A stretch of 61,926 nt of DNA, filler included, from Choristocarpus tenellus KU-1152 (GCA_964200185.2; 5 parts of 5 records of this genome joined end to end with filler, not necessarily neighbours in it), one strand, 5' to 3'. Shown: positions 26,201 through 38,902, numbered from the whole stretch's first letter. A program made the numbers and translations. The notes: a model not told the origin generated them from the letters alone.

Positions 26201-27147
26201 TCGGGTGTGTTGTATTTTGGACACTATGGTATAGCACACACTCTTTTTGTGTTGGACTTTTGTGTGCCCTATTTGTAGTGATGATTAGTGTGTTGGTGTA
26301 GTGTACATTGTTAGGGTTAGGATTAGGGTTAGGGTATCACCATCAATACCAAGAGGAAGGAAGTGTCATGGTATCAACAGGAACGCTTATTGAGTGTTTT
26401 TTTCATTGGATAGGATTATCTACAAGCTTAGGGTTAGGGTTAATATGTGTTGATTGGGTTAGAATTAGTATGTACTGCTTAATTTGTTTGTCTCTTTTCA
26501 TGCTGTACGTTTCCTCAAATATTGCTTTGAATGTGAATTGTATCATGTTTAACATCAGCACCAACGTTTTTTAGAGGTTGCTCCAGCCTTCATTTGTTAT
26601 CAGAATGAATGAGATAAAATAAAATAAAAAATACTCAAAAATAAAAATAGAAATAACATGCGATGGGTATTATTTTATTATTGTTAGAGCCGTACTTCTA
26701 ATAGTAATATCTCCATAGAGGTTAGTTCTTGCCGTATGTTTTGGAGGCACAGGAGAGGGATAGTGTTAGTGTTAGGGTTAGGATTACGTGATGCATGTAG
26801 GCTTTAGTGATTATATATAATATTGCTCTTCTGAGCAGTTACCCTGAACTTGTACTATCTGCATTGCACCACTGTGATGTACGTACATTCTGTGTTTTTA
26901 TAATTTGGTAATTTGACAGGTGTTTGTATTTGGTCCTGACAAGCTCATCTGGGAGCTGGACAAGGCGTCTGCTACAGCTTCACATGTTTTGGGGGAACTC
27001 GATATAAAGGGGTTGCAAATGGATGGTGTACATGACCCAAAGTCAGGACAGGGCAAACGGATTGCATGTGTTAATGGTAGAGAAGTTCCTCCACATTACC
27101 CCCTAAAGAATGGTGATGTGCTTGATGTCCTTGTTGGGTCTTCGTAG
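10386..27147 (+). CDS. RSH: Plastid-targeted RelA/SpoT homologue ((p)ppGpp synthetase): degenerate HD hydrolase domain, intact synthetase domain, C-terminal TGS-like domain; 683 aa
   Basis: Ten exons join in frame through GT-AG introns: 10386-10706, 12043-12213, 13736-14092, 15646-15771, 17740-17967, 20844-21035, 21754-21924, 23525-23677, 25292-25396, 26920-27147. Motifs: PLAHRLGVHQLKNELEGLAF; RIKEPYSMWKKM; VYDAAALRVV; RYKDYVAHPKPNGYQSLH; IELQVRSMKMHQQAEFGCAAHWSYK; TGS-like VFVFGPD...VNGREVPPHYPLKNGDVLDV. The N-terminus is a hydrophobic signal peptide followed by a basic/Ser-rich transit-like segment. Confidence 0.95.
11974..12035. repeat. 15-bp tandem repeat abutting the RSH exon 2 acceptor
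   Basis: (CTATATTACAATGTA)-type unit, about 4 copies. Confidence 0.85.
12608..12726. repeat. 18-bp minisatellite, RSH intron 2
   Basis: (TGATTGTAGTCCCWCAAA) about 6.5 copies. Confidence 0.9.
14150..14340. repeat. ~20-bp AT-rich minisatellite, RSH intron 3
   Basis: Repeated CTATTATTGCTATCACTGTA-like unit. It explains the low-complexity tail of the 13652-14338 ORF. Confidence 0.85.
14640..14693 (+). repeat. Interstitial telomeric repeat (TTAGGG)9
   Basis: Nine perfect TTAGGG units inside RSH intron 3. This is the longest of many short runs in the window. Confidence 0.95.
15356..15600. repeat. ~95-bp tandem duplication followed by (ACAT)n
   Basis: TCACATTAG...GATGACTGCA occurs at ~15356 and ~15458. 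The copies differ by a 7-nt telomeric indel. Confidence 0.9.
16985..17270. repeat. ~39-51-bp degenerate tandem repeat plus (TTA)n, RSH intron 4
   Basis: Repeated GTATGTATTTTTGTAATTGATGTCATGGTAGTGTTA unit, followed by (TTA)n. Confidence 0.85.
18108..18612. repeat. 14-bp minisatellite, ~36 units with higher-order structure, RSH intron 5
   Basis: TACTTTATCACYAG-type unit with variants recurring in a ~70-bp cycle. Confidence 0.9.
19337..19437. repeat. 18-bp tandem repeat
   Basis: (AACTCAATGTCACTAGTT)-like, about 5.5 copies. Confidence 0.85.
19729..19812. repeat. 12-bp tandem repeat
   Basis: (AACATGAAAATT) about 7 copies. Confidence 0.9.
20511..20650. repeat. ~53-bp tandem repeat, ~2.5 copies
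   Basis: CAATCAAATACTATGAGGAATAGGCACATCCATGCAATAATATCAAGTTGAC repeated. Confidence 0.85.
21311..21556. repeat. 15-bp minisatellite, RSH intron 6
   Basis: (CCATAACATACTGTT / CCATACTATACTGTT)n. Confidence 0.9.
25501..25910 (-). mobile_element. Solo LTR of the Ty1/Copia family also present at 57720 and 61022, inside RSH intron 9
   Basis: Begins TGTTAAGCTGTCCTTGACGATCTGTTGTCCCACACAAC and ends AAGCATGATCTTGACA (TG...CA), homologous to the LTRs at 57720-58038 and 61022-61340. It contains an internal ~74-bp tandem duplication (~25673-25820). There is no internal sequence and no clean TSD. Confidence 0.85.
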
Positions 27148-29899
27148 ATGCAAGGAATAGAAGGACTCCAGCTAAGGCCTATCTCTTTTTGTCCTTGCTT
27201 ACTTGAAACAGATAAGACTGAGTTTGATCATTTATGTATTTTTTGGCATTTTCAGCTACCACACTGCTTGTTGAGTCACAGTTGCAGGGTGGTGTGATGG
27301 AATTGTGTGCATACAATTTATGTATATTTTTTACACAAGTTTAATGTAAACAGACCCTTGAGCAGTGGCGAGTTGGGAGGAGGTAGGTGAGGAGCAAGTT
27401 GTGGATGGTCATCGTCACATGTTTCAATGATTTTGTTTGGTATGTGTTGAACGTAAATGGGGTGGGCAGTAGAAGGGGCGTTTCAGGTGATGCAGTCCCA
27501 GAAACGCCCAGAATTGGGAGTGAGGGGTGTAGAGCTCTAGACAGTCTAAACATAAGAGCGGCAGCGATAATCTAGTGGGGTGTAAGGTGTGACTTCGTAG
27601 GTCATGGTGCAGTCCTCACACATCCATTGTATGTGCATGGCTAGAGTAGATTTCAATCTGAGTGACCCTGCAGATTGATTGGACTTGGTTTGTCCAAAGA
27701 CTAGACCGTTGACTTTGATAGGAAATGTTTGTTTGTCTGCAGTTTGTGTCGTGGATTGACATCCGGTTCAGTTCAGTTCAGTTCAGTTCGGTTCAGTTCA
27801 ACCAGCGCAGCTCTCCTTGTAGACACTCTGTAATGTTCATGTTTGTGGGCTTCACATTATATTAGGGAAAGGTGAGCTGCTGCAAGGTGCGTGGCAGGGA
27901 TTGTGAGATGTGACAATCTTTGTATTCGTTTTTCAACAGTTTCGATGTACTTCAAAATACGAAGTATATGTAAATGTACTGTTGTAGGATTCATGTCCTA
28001 TCTATGCTCCATCCTGTAACGTGTTGAAGATGAGTTAAAATGATAGTGAAACTTAATACTTTGCTATTTGTTCCAGCTGCAATCTACCAAAACCAAATCT
28101 AGGTGACAAGTTGTTACCTTCTACCTTCCGAATCATACAGAGTACCTATCATGTCAAAAGGTTAGGGTACAAAGTTCATCATGGGCACACTCTTTGCCTG
28201 CTGTTGAGGGAAACACCCTATCCCTATCACAATAGTTTTATTCCCCAAGAAAGTTGCAAGATTTTGCACCATTCTGAATGAGACTCGTTGGAAAGACTAC
28301 TGTAAGACGAAGTGGATAGAAAGATAAATGTGAAAAGTCTTGCCATAAATGGAGAGATCTGATGTACACAATTATTTTTTGTGCCTGCCTGGTAAACCTG
28401 ATCAATGAAAAGATATGTGTGTGATTCCCTCTGTGCAATTTTAGAAAGGTGCTGGTGGGGAACACTATGCATTATTAGGGCCACCACAGGTAAACTGGGT
28501 GAGATGGTTCAACAAGCTTTGAAATCTTGCTGTAAAATTGGTGTTTTAAGGACTACTGATCTTTAGACATAGCAAGGGACATGAATGTCCTTGCAGGTCA
28601 ATGGTAGTCTACCATCGTCTGTCAAAGGATTGCACAGGTTCAATTCTGGTCGAAGCCAGGTTTTTATTTCAGGGAAATTGGATTTCCATGGTATGTAGAC
28701 CTCGTAGTAAGCAGACTGAAATGGTCTACTCCTGTAACACACACAAAAATAATATGAGGTCGGCAATTGGAAAACATGCCTCAGATTTGGTCGAAAATTT
28801 AAGTTTCGAATTGTTTTGTCCTCTCTCCATAAGCTGATTGTTTGGAAGTTGAAGTCGTATTGCTACATTTCTACTGTGGAACCACATGTTGAGCATATTA
28901 TGAGGTTCCTTCCAACATTTTTGACAGCATTTTCTGGGATCAAAGGATCAACAAATTCGACTTGTTCTTGCAAATGTTGCTCGTGGGCATTTGCATACGT
29001 ATAACGGGTAATTTTGGGGTCAATATGTTTTACACCTACCTCTACAATTGGGGTGGTGATCGTGCTTATTTTTCGACAATGAGTGGACAAGGGCATCTTA
29101 CAATTTAAACAAGGCCAAATCTACAGAGTTTCTAATTTATGATAAGAGAAGCAAAGAGAAAATGTGACAACCACAAGGTAGATGGTAAAGTCAAGTGTGT
29201 TTTTTTCCTAAAATAGTGGTTTTAGGCGCTTGAGAGATGAATTTTATCGTACCGTAACTTCTGATCACGAATTAATTATAGAATGAAAGTGGGTGTGATG
29301 TGTTCGTTTAAGAGATGTCTCCAAGTTGTACTGACTTGTGCTTGGGTCGCAATGATAATAACATGCACTCTGGAGAATGTGATCACTACTATCAACAAAC
29401 CAGAAAATAGAAATATTACCTGAAAATGTTCGTTTTGAAATGATGCCAATCAGGGTGAAAAATCCCAACAATGGTTGGCTAATTGTGCTATTTTTATGAA
29501 TTAATTATTTATTTGAAAGGCCCTCTACGCACAGCTGAGTTGTTGCTGTCATCAGGAGGAGCTGTTAACCTAGGGAGGGATGGCAGTGTGTTTTATGTGT
29601 TACCAGCAATACTGTCGTTGCCATGGTGCTCCCACTGTCACTACTGCTGCTGCTCATTGCAAATCGGTGATCAGTGCCCGCTATGTTTTGAAAGCTGAAC
29701 TTATGGTGTAGGAGTCACTCAACACCGACAACAATCAGAAACAACAGAATACTCCTTGCTCATTTCACTATTCCACTGTAGCAGTGATTTCAATTTTCGA
29801 TTTTCACCATATCTGACAGGGCCTTTTTTTCCCCCTATAACTGGAGAATAATAAGGTATGGGTCAAAGTATCTGGTGGGGGGGGATGGTTTGTGAGGGG

Positions 29900-29999
29900 N
29901 NNNNNNNNNNNNNNNNNNNNNNNNNNNNNNNNNNNNNNNNNNNTTAATTAATTAANNNNNNNNNNNNNNNNNNNNNNNNNNNNNNNNNNNNNNNNNNNN
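29900..29999. other. Artificial contig spacer (N...TTAATTAATTAA...N, 100 nt)
   Basis: Identical spacer with a six-frame stop linker, found four times in the window. Confidence 0.95.
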
Positions 30000-32900
30000 T
30001 CTATCCCTTTCTTGTACAAACCACATCACCCTCGAATGAATATTTTTAACTAGTAGAAGACGTATTATGTATGTATTGTATAATACAATATGGTAGCGGT
30101 GCCCTCCACAAGCACCGAAATAGTTTTGAACAATAACATATCCCATTCTTAGCGGAGCCCTTAAAAAGTGCCGCAACATTTACAAAAAAAAACGTATGGG
30201 CACTTTCCGCGTACCATTTTGGGTCAAACCCATTCTCCACAGTATGCTCCATCCTCGATTTTGGTGAGATGCTGTTTAGTAGTGATTACGTTTTAAAGTC
30301 TCTGCAGTAATTATTCTGTGAGTCATGAAATACTTTCTAGGAAATAACGACCAAGGTCATAGTACCAGGAGGGTTCTGACAACCGAAAACATGATGATTG
30401 ATGACGTTTGTAATGTATTATCATTCACCACTCATCTCCTTGTTCCAAAAATACGCAAGGAGTATGGACTTTCCAACAAAATATATACCTTAAGGATATT
30501 AGTAAGTACACGGTGAAAGACGGCAATATATTGCTGTTTGTAGTGTCCTCGTCCACATATACACTGTCCTCGCTCACCCAACACCCAACCACATGCACAC
30601 TACATACCAGGCTCCACAGTATCAAACCAAACTACACCTTCATTGAAACGCACACACAACAATATATACGATGTAAGAAAACCCCACCAGGCACAGACAC
30701 GCTATTCAAGGGAGGTGACAAGCACCTCCCCGCACACAGAACAAAATCAACATTAACGTCTGCAAGCAATAGCACGTAACAGTCAGATGGACTAAATATC
30801 AAACGCTCAAAGTAGCGACCACAAAAAAGGAGAACACAGTATGCACACCAGAGTTCTCACCCTTATCTTCCACCTGCAATTATCAAAATTTCCACCCTCT
30901 ACACTGTAAAAACTGTCTCCCTAAATGCCTGGTGGAGGAAACAAAGACCCTGTCCCTCTGCCACTGTGTCCAATTGTGCGCATGAAGGACAACATCACAA
31001 CCCTCCTTTCCTTGGTTCCATCTCAATCCTCTCCTCCACCCCTCCCACGTCCCCCATTGATAGGGTTACAAGCCTACCATGCACAAAAATCATCAGGAAT
31101 CATCACCCAAATTCCTACGTCGAAAAATGAGCCGATGCCTGCACGATGAACATTGCATGTGACCACGCTCGATTGGGGAGCAGCGGGGCTGAATACCTGA
31201 CAGTCAGGACAACCAAGGTAGATACTAATTAGAACATACTTCACAAGAACTATCTGCTAAATTGAGTCACCATGCTCCCAACAACAAATCAAAAGCACGT
31301 TGGGCATCGCAATGGATTCATAAAATCGTGTGAATACAAAATTCACGATAAACTTCCTCGCGGACCTCAGCGCTTTGCGACCCTCCCACTTCCACGTCGC
31401 ATGCACAATTAGATTCAATTGAGTACATCAAATCTCTTCGAGCTGATTTATGACTTACTCCTAAATGCCTTTCATTTGTAACACCGGAAATCAAGCCTCC
31501 TACACAATGCGCCCTTTCCATAAGGTGAACCTCTCTATGGTCGACAGCTTTTCCAAGGAAAGCTCCTTCTGTTCTCGCCATACCGAAAAATACCGAAAAA
31601 AAATTGCACGAAATCGGGAAGACAGGGGTTAGGAGGGTGAACCAAAAAGGAGTAGTGAGCACAAGGACTGCAGCGGTAAATTGAAGCTCAACTGTGGGCA
31701 TTCAAATACTGATATTAATGTTGCATGTATGGGAACACTGTAAGGGAAGATGCTCTAGTGTAGAATAGAAGCATGTTAGATAAAGAGAGATGATGACATT
31801 CGCAGGGCAACAGAAGATTGAATTAGAAGCGGGGAAATGGGAAGAGGGGAAGAGGGGGTAGAGCCAAGTTCAGGAAGAAGGCAGGGGACTTACAGTAGAC
31901 ACAACAAGACCATTTGCAGAGCTGTAGCATTGAGACCTACACAATCCACTTAACACATGTCATGAAGTAGAACAGAAGGGGCATCAAGTTGGAATTTCTA
32001 GCACAACTACACCTCTAGAGCGACCTCGCTCATAGTTATACTAGTGCTTTGAAGCGATTAGGGAGTCCAGGCATGTGTGATACATCAAGATCTTGGAGAG
32101 GTTCTGTGGTGAGGCAGTGGGTACAATGCTAAAAGTGAACGAGATAGCAATGACCCTACCTGTCACACAGACAAGAGAAATCCAACACAAAAAACGGTAA
32201 GGCTGAAGAATCATGTGACCTGATGCTGTCCAGAAGGGCATTCCCCTGATGCAACAAAGACAAGGGGAACACAGGAGAGTTACTGCCCCAATTACCAACA
32301 GTTTAGTAATAAAAAACAAAAAAGTAAAGTTCTACTGTCAAAACCAGAACATGAAAGAGAGATAAGAAGAGGATCACCCACAGCCACCATTTCTACACAT
32401 CCACAAAAAGATACTGTTAAATGTAGTCCTCATTTTCATCTACATCTTTCTCAGTACCAAGTCTTGGCAAGGACAATCTCTACATTCAAATCACTCCATT
32501 TTTCTAAAGGCGCCCAGTGACCAATCTGGCACCACCTACTCCAACTGCACTGCAATTCACTCAACACATAAAAATGCACCAGAGTAAACCCGGGGATGAT
32601 CTTCACAACACAACACAAATTCACAAAAAAACGAACACATCGACTGAAATCACTATCAAAGAACACGCGCTGCTTAGCCTCAATCACCCACACCCACACG
32701 CTGACATCCTCAAGCAGTTTCCACTAAGAGGGATGTAAAAAGACCCCCCAAATCCCACGGGTCCATTGATTCGCTGAGACATGGACATTGCCACCAATTG
32801 AAGATGGCAGAGGTTATAAAACAGGTACATGACCACAAGAAATACAAGACTGACTACCAGTACAACATGCAATCATACATACCACAACGCTCATTGAATC

Positions 32901-33301
32901 ACTAACCTCTACATACACCCCAACGCCCAGCAAACAAGGTGGACATAGCCGGTAGCACCAGGTTCGTTCCACACATGTAATACCAACAACGTAAATTCTA
33001 TTCCCACCCCCTAACAGTTCATCAACCAAAAACCATCTCTTTGTCATAGCTTACCCTGGACTTCACTGCAGGTTGCGCTGGCGATCTTAGCCATGTGGCC
33101 GTTGGAGTGCTATAGACCACCACCTCCGGGTGCATTGTACACGAGCAGGCCATGAGCTGTATCCCCGTAAAAATCTGGCCCATTCAAGCAGGCAAAGGGA
33201 GGAGCGTGGGGGTGGGGCGTGGGCGTGGGCGTGGGCGGGCGGGGGGGGGGGGGGGGAAAGAACAGAAAAGTCATCGTTTTAATTGTGACACAATTCAAAA
33301 A

Positions 33302-33401
33302 NNNNNNNNNNNNNNNNNNNNNNNNNNNNNNNNNNNNNNNNNNNNTTAATTAATTAANNNNNNNNNNNNNNNNNNNNNNNNNNNNNNNNNNNNNNNNNNN
33401 N
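33302..33401. other. Artificial contig spacer
   Basis: N-run with central TTAATTAATTAA. Confidence 0.95.
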
Positions 33402-33461
33402 CTCCCCCCTCCCCCTCCCCCCCCAATCAACCTATATAACCCTAAACCGACCCGACCTGAC

Positions 33462-34784
33462 CTGATCTCAACGAAGTATTCCCAGTCCTTCCAGGTGTGA
33501 TACAGGGCATTTCCGACAAAAAAATACATGTACAGCAGTGATACCCACAGCCTGAAAAAAAAACAACACACACACACACACACACACACCAGACATCGCA
33601 ACACATATTCAATGGATGGATGGATGGATGGTTAGTTGATCGACTAATGTAAGTGTGTAGGGTTAGTAGGGGGATGGGCAGTTGGTTGAGTGAGCAACTA
33701 TTTAACTTGGTACGGGTAAATGGATGGATGGATGGATGGTTGTACACGTCATGATAGTAATAGTATCAATAGAAACATGCACCATAGACAAAACAAATGT
33801 CGGGGAACAGAGAGGGGGGGGGGGGATCACCTCAGTGTTGGATATGTTCTAGAAAGTACACCATAGGACAAAAAAAAAAGTTATCAAAAGTTATCAAAAG
33901 TTATCAAAAGTTCTCTAAATGTAACAATATGTAATAAAACGTAACAACAAAATATAAGTAGTGTAACAAATGTAACACATTGTAACAATATGTAATGAAA
34001 CATAACAAAATGTAACTAGTGTAACAAAATGTAACACATTGTAACAATACGTAATAAAATGTAACAACAAAATGTAACTAGTGTAACAAAATGTAACATA
34101 GTGTTTCAATACATAATAAAACATAACAAAATTTAACATGGTGCAACAAAATGTAACACATTGTAACAATACGTAATAAAATGTAACAACAAAATGTAAC
34201 TAGTGTAACAAAATGTAACATAGTGTAACAATAAGTAATAAAGCGTAACAACAATACGTAACATACTGTATATACTTCAATACGTAGTAAGACATAAAAA
34301 AAATGTAACATACTGCAACAAAACGTAATAGAACGCAATGACAGAATGTAACATATACACCACAGAATGATGTAGTACAACAGAACCACAACCCGCCCAA
34401 ACATTACACAAAACAGCGGAACACAATGTTCAAATTTAAATATGAAACACAACACAGCACTCAGAAACTTGCCCATCTCCCCCCACATCTCTGGTGGACA
34501 AAGTCGGACTACCTACGGGACTGTGCCTCGACCCTGGCCAGGGTGAGTCGGTTGAACTCAGTAGCATCAGGTTCATCTTTTTCTTCTCCAAAGTAGTAGA
34601 TCGGAATCAAGACTGCCATCGCCACTAGACCTGGCCTGAAAATACACACACACACACACACACACACATGCATACATGTGTATGCATACATATTAAGAAT
34701 CATTCCATGCATTTCAAGTATGCAAATACAAGACAGTGCAAGGAAAGACTGTATTTTAATATTACTCACACCAAAATGGCTAGC

Positions 34785-34830
<46 letters not shown>

Positions 34831-35764
34831 TAATAATAATATATCAGGAAAAAAAAATATCACGTGCGTTTGCTACGGTGCGTTCAATCATTAACAATTT
34901 GTTTTTTATTTAATAATGTCATTGAGGTGCAGCACAACATAGAGCCAGACTCAGTTTTACAAAAAGAAAAGAAAAAACTGAGCGTGCGTTTAGAAACACA
35001 TAAGACGCACGCTATGGCAGCGTTTTTTGTTTTTTTTAATAAATCACCCCTAAACAGTACCTTGAATGACCTCTCAATCCAGACAAGGATTCGAAAAAGA
35101 TGAAAAGGGCTGTGGTAGGGGGTTTGCAGTGAATGCAGCTTGAACTTAAGGTTAGGGTGAATGCAGCTTGAACTTAGGGTTAGGGTGAATAAAGCTTGAA
35201 CTTGAGGTTAGGGTGAATACACCTTGAACTTAAGGTTAGGATGAATGCAGCTTGAACTTAAGGTTAGGGTGAATACAGCTTGAACTTAAGGTTAGGGTGA
35301 ATGCAGCTTGAATTTAGGGTTAGGGTGAATAAAGCTTGAAATTAAGGTTAGGGTGAATACAGCTTGAACTTTAAGGTTAGGGTGAATACAGCTTGAACTT
35401 AAGGTTAGGGTGAATACAACTTGAAATTAAGGTTAGGGTGAATACACCTTGAACTTAAGGTTAGGGTGAATGCACCTTGAACCAAGGAAAGAAACACTTT
35501 AGGTTCTTACTTGATTATATTGATTATATCGATTATATCGGTAGAGATTCCTACTATCGGTTGCTCATATTTTTTTTATGTTGTCTCCATCAGGCGTTTT
35601 TTTGACACCGAGACTCCAAATACTTACAGAAAAGTCACTTTGCACATGAACTTGAGGAACCTCAAGAAAACAAAAGTGTCCATTCCCACACAGCGGAGGG
35701 TCTCCACGTCATCCACCTTGCCAATCGTTTTGATCCATGAAAACAGACCTATCACATCATACAC

Positions 35765-35801
<37 letters not shown>

Positions 35802-36010
35802 AGTTGTACACACACAAAGAGACCGGGAGGGGGAGGGGGGGGGGGGGGGGGGGGGGGGGTTGGCTAGTTGCGGGGGGCGGGAACGTGCGTAGCGGGGGGG
35901 GGGGGGGGGGGGCCGAAAGAAGAAAAAAGTGTTCCGGNNNNNNNNNNACAACACAACAACACAAACGCCAACTAGCCAACACCACACGGCGAGAGGGGTG
36001 GAGACAGGGG

Positions 36011-36051
<41 letters not shown>

Positions 36052-38902
36052 GGGTTTATCTACTGGGACAGTAGATTAAATTGCTTAGAGTGAGGGGAGT
36101 GGAGGGGATACAAAGAACATACAATTGTTGCAGGAACAGTTTCTTGCTCTAACCGATCATAGAGACTCCAGGTCACGGATTGTGGCTCATGGGGGGTGCA
36201 CAAACAATGCAATATCTACATAGTTGGAAGTTTGTAGGCTGGGTTTTGGGATAAGAGTTGTAGTTAGGAGTTAAGGGTTATGGTTAGGGTAAGGGGAGGG
36301 AGGAGGGATGGTTGGTATACCCAAAATTTCTATATAAAAAAAAGTATTCATTAGATCAACTAGTACAGTACTGGGCAGTTAGTTGCCTGGGTAATGTCAT
36401 TTATTATAGCGATATTGAGGGCACTTGTGAATTTATCAATCGGCATGGGAGAGGTTAGGGTTAGGGTTAGGGTTAGGGTTAAGGGTTGGGGTGAGACACC
36501 TCAAATAAAACAAAACAAAAAAAAAGGAAACTAGTTAACTGAAGTACTCCTCTTTCTTTACCCATTTGCAGCAATTTATTGAAATCATACAGTAGGAGTA
36601 GCGGGGCGAATTTTTTTTTGGTATTAATTTCTTCCCTTTTTTTTCCAAGCAAAAAAAAAAAATGTACCAAATAAGTACACACACGCTTGATCCATTATCG
36701 AGGCTCACGAACCTTCAGAATAGGTGGAAATTGAGTTGGAGCTTCATCGGGGACCATGCCAGAAACAGGAGGTTCCATGGTGTGAGGCGAGGCTATCGGT
36801 CATGGCTGATATGTCCACACCACAGACAGTATAATTCTGAATCCCTCTTAGAATCAAATAAAAAAATTAAAAACACTTTAAGTCCACAGTAAGAAGTAAC
36901 TGTTCGAGACTCTCGAAGAACATAGCCTACAAGAACATTACTGCAGACCATACTGCAAAAAAGTACGACACATTGACGCCGCCGGGCTTGCACCGGGGTA
37001 ATGTTAAGGGGCGGGGGGTCGATCCTATTGGCCGCACACGCCTGATCACGGTGGCAATGTACTCCTTTTAAAATGTATAGAGCATACACTCTAAAGCAGC
37101 TCACGTCTCCTCTGGAACATTTCAGTTTTGCACTTCACGTCTGCTTTTTCGATTTTTTTGCCAATTCATTCACACTTCTATGTATGAAGTTCTGTGAAGT
37201 TCTACGTTTGCCTTGAGAGCATAATTCTCTACTTGTTTGAAAATTTTCTGACACAACTCGGAAAATGCTCTCTATATATATATGTATATATGACAAAATT
37301 AAGCATATTCTTGCAGATGTTTGTCAGCGCCTTTCAAATGCAACTCTGGATACCCTCTCTCCTACTTTGACTCATTTTTTCATCTCCTACCTCTACTCTT
37401 GATGCAACACCAAGTGCTAATGGTAAAGCCTGGATTAAAAAATGATTGATGGCACACTGAAGGCAAAACTAACAGGTAGACCAAACCTCCGAGACGGTGA
37501 CTCCTTTCAAACATAACTAAGAAGTAACTGATTGACTCAACCCCTACACCACTTCAAATGCTCTAGAACAGGTAAACATGCAGTGCACATAATACAGTTA
37601 CAACAGGTGTATCATGTTTTATGTGCATCTAATGCAATTTGCTGTGTGTAAACATATTCACACATGTTTTTGCTTGGCCTCCACCTGAAAGCAGTTGCAG
37701 CAAGCAGTAAACGTCCTTTAATTTACGTTCCAACAAAACCCTGGCAATATTGCGACCTTTAACCACAAACCTACTTTCTTAGTTACAAGCTCACATATCC
37801 TTGCAGAAGGGTTCAACTCTGCAGTTCAAATAATTGCAACATTGTCCTTACTAGCCTTGAGTGTAATTTAGAGTAATTTGCTAGGATAACCAAGTCCAAA
37901 TTCATTCACAGGAAAGAACTTGTGCTTCTGCCACTTTCATAGAGTTCTTGTCAGCTCACCCTTAGGGGGCTCATCAGGGGTGCGGTTGGGCCTTTCAGCA
38001 CGGCGGGGCTGGAAGATGTCCTTCTTGGTGGACTTGTGTCTCCATAACTCAAACAGGCCATAGAATATTACAGCCTGGAGGGACAGGCAGCGATAGGAAG
38101 GATGCGAGGAGTTCTTAGTCGGATGTGGAATAGGATGGTGATAGCAACGGTTTCTGGAGAAACCCAACACTCTCTCACACTAAGTACGATGCAATATTAA
38201 AGCAAGGTCATGGCGGCAACAGCAAAACAAACATCATCGCAATAGGGTAGGATGCACGCCAAGAGAAGGGCTTATGAGAGAGCGGCTTCACGACGCTTTA
38301 CTCTGGAACACATAATTGATCACAACCGTTGATGGGGTAGGATCACTTCATTTCTTTGCATTAAATTAGAGAGGAGACCATCATGGTGTGGCTTCAAAGG
38401 TGAGGGCATGGAGGTGCCAGTGTATGATAGGGGATGGAATCGAAAGTTAAGAATATTGGAAATGAACACTTACTCGGGAATCACGCCGACACAGGGTCGT
38501 TCATGTATTATTATGTCAAATGGCACGAGCAGTAGCCCAAGAACCACTACCACCTTCAGGAGAAGCGGAACTCCGCGCTAAGTGCCACATTCGACCCCAA
38601 CTATGCCTAGCTGCAGTTGGTCTCTAATTTCCAAAGCCTACTATTCCTCGGTCTATCCTCCAACTTGTGTACACAACTCGCCACCCCCCAACACCACAGT
38701 CTTGACACTCAACCCTAAACGATAAGTTCATCGTATCTTGTGCGCGTGAGGAGTCGGGGAAGGAGATTAGGCTAGAATGTATATTGGAGCTGTGCAACAA
38801 GCTCATACCCAATCAGAGATGGAACACCAGCAAGAGGTCTTTGGCGCTTACCTGCACTGCCGACAAGGCGATCGTTGAAGATACCGGAGACCAAGAAGAC
38901 AT
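33462..38902 (-). CDS. CSC1/OSCA/TMEM63 (ERD4-like) mechanosensitive cation channel, 5' part (truncated by the contig end)
   Basis: Exons 38902-38852, 38074-37960, 35748-35628, 34635-34513 and 33551-33462 splice in frame. Product: MSSWSPVSSTIALSAVQAVIFYGLFELWRH...IFQPRR...GLFSWIKTIGKVDDVETLRCVGMDTFVFLRFLK...VLIPIYY...FNRLTLARVEAQSRRLWVSL...WKDWEYFVEIR. This matches the RSN1_TM N-terminal region (GxDxxxFLRFL motif). Confidence 0.9.
33916..34345. repeat. Degenerate AT-rich ~10-bp satellite (GTAACAAAAT-like) in a CSC1 intron
   Basis: Repeated GTAACA/GTAATA cores with higher-order duplications. Confidence 0.8.
35129..35482. repeat. 28-bp minisatellite, ~12.5 copies, with one TTAGGG per period
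   Basis: (GTGAATRCAGCTTGAACTTAAGGTTAGG)n in CSC1 intron 3. Confidence 0.95.

Noticed and set aside
27476-27509. 9-bp GC-rich hairpin downstream of the RSH stop (possible SECIS or terminator)
   Set aside because: No SECIS core motif and no in-frame UGA in RSH. A single short stem is expected by chance.
29944-29955. Recurrent TTAATTAATTAA palindrome inside N runs (also near 33346, 54931 and 58549)
   Set aside because: Synthetic six-frame-stop linker used to concatenate contigs. Adjacency across these spacers is not biological.
33055-33174. Contig-2 exon as the continuation of the CSC1 gene, or as a PWWP motif (FLRGYSSWPARV)
   Set aside because: It lies across an artificial spacer. The phase-compatible frame hits a stop before the donor and lacks the expected downstream motifs.
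35129-35482. 28-bp repeat array as a CRISPR
   Set aside because: Units are contiguous with no unique spacers, the context is a eukaryotic intron, and there are no cas genes.
35826-36048. Long poly-G tracts as G-quadruplex elements
   Set aside because: They lie next to N gaps, and their lengths are unreliable because poly-G is a common short-read and assembly artefact.
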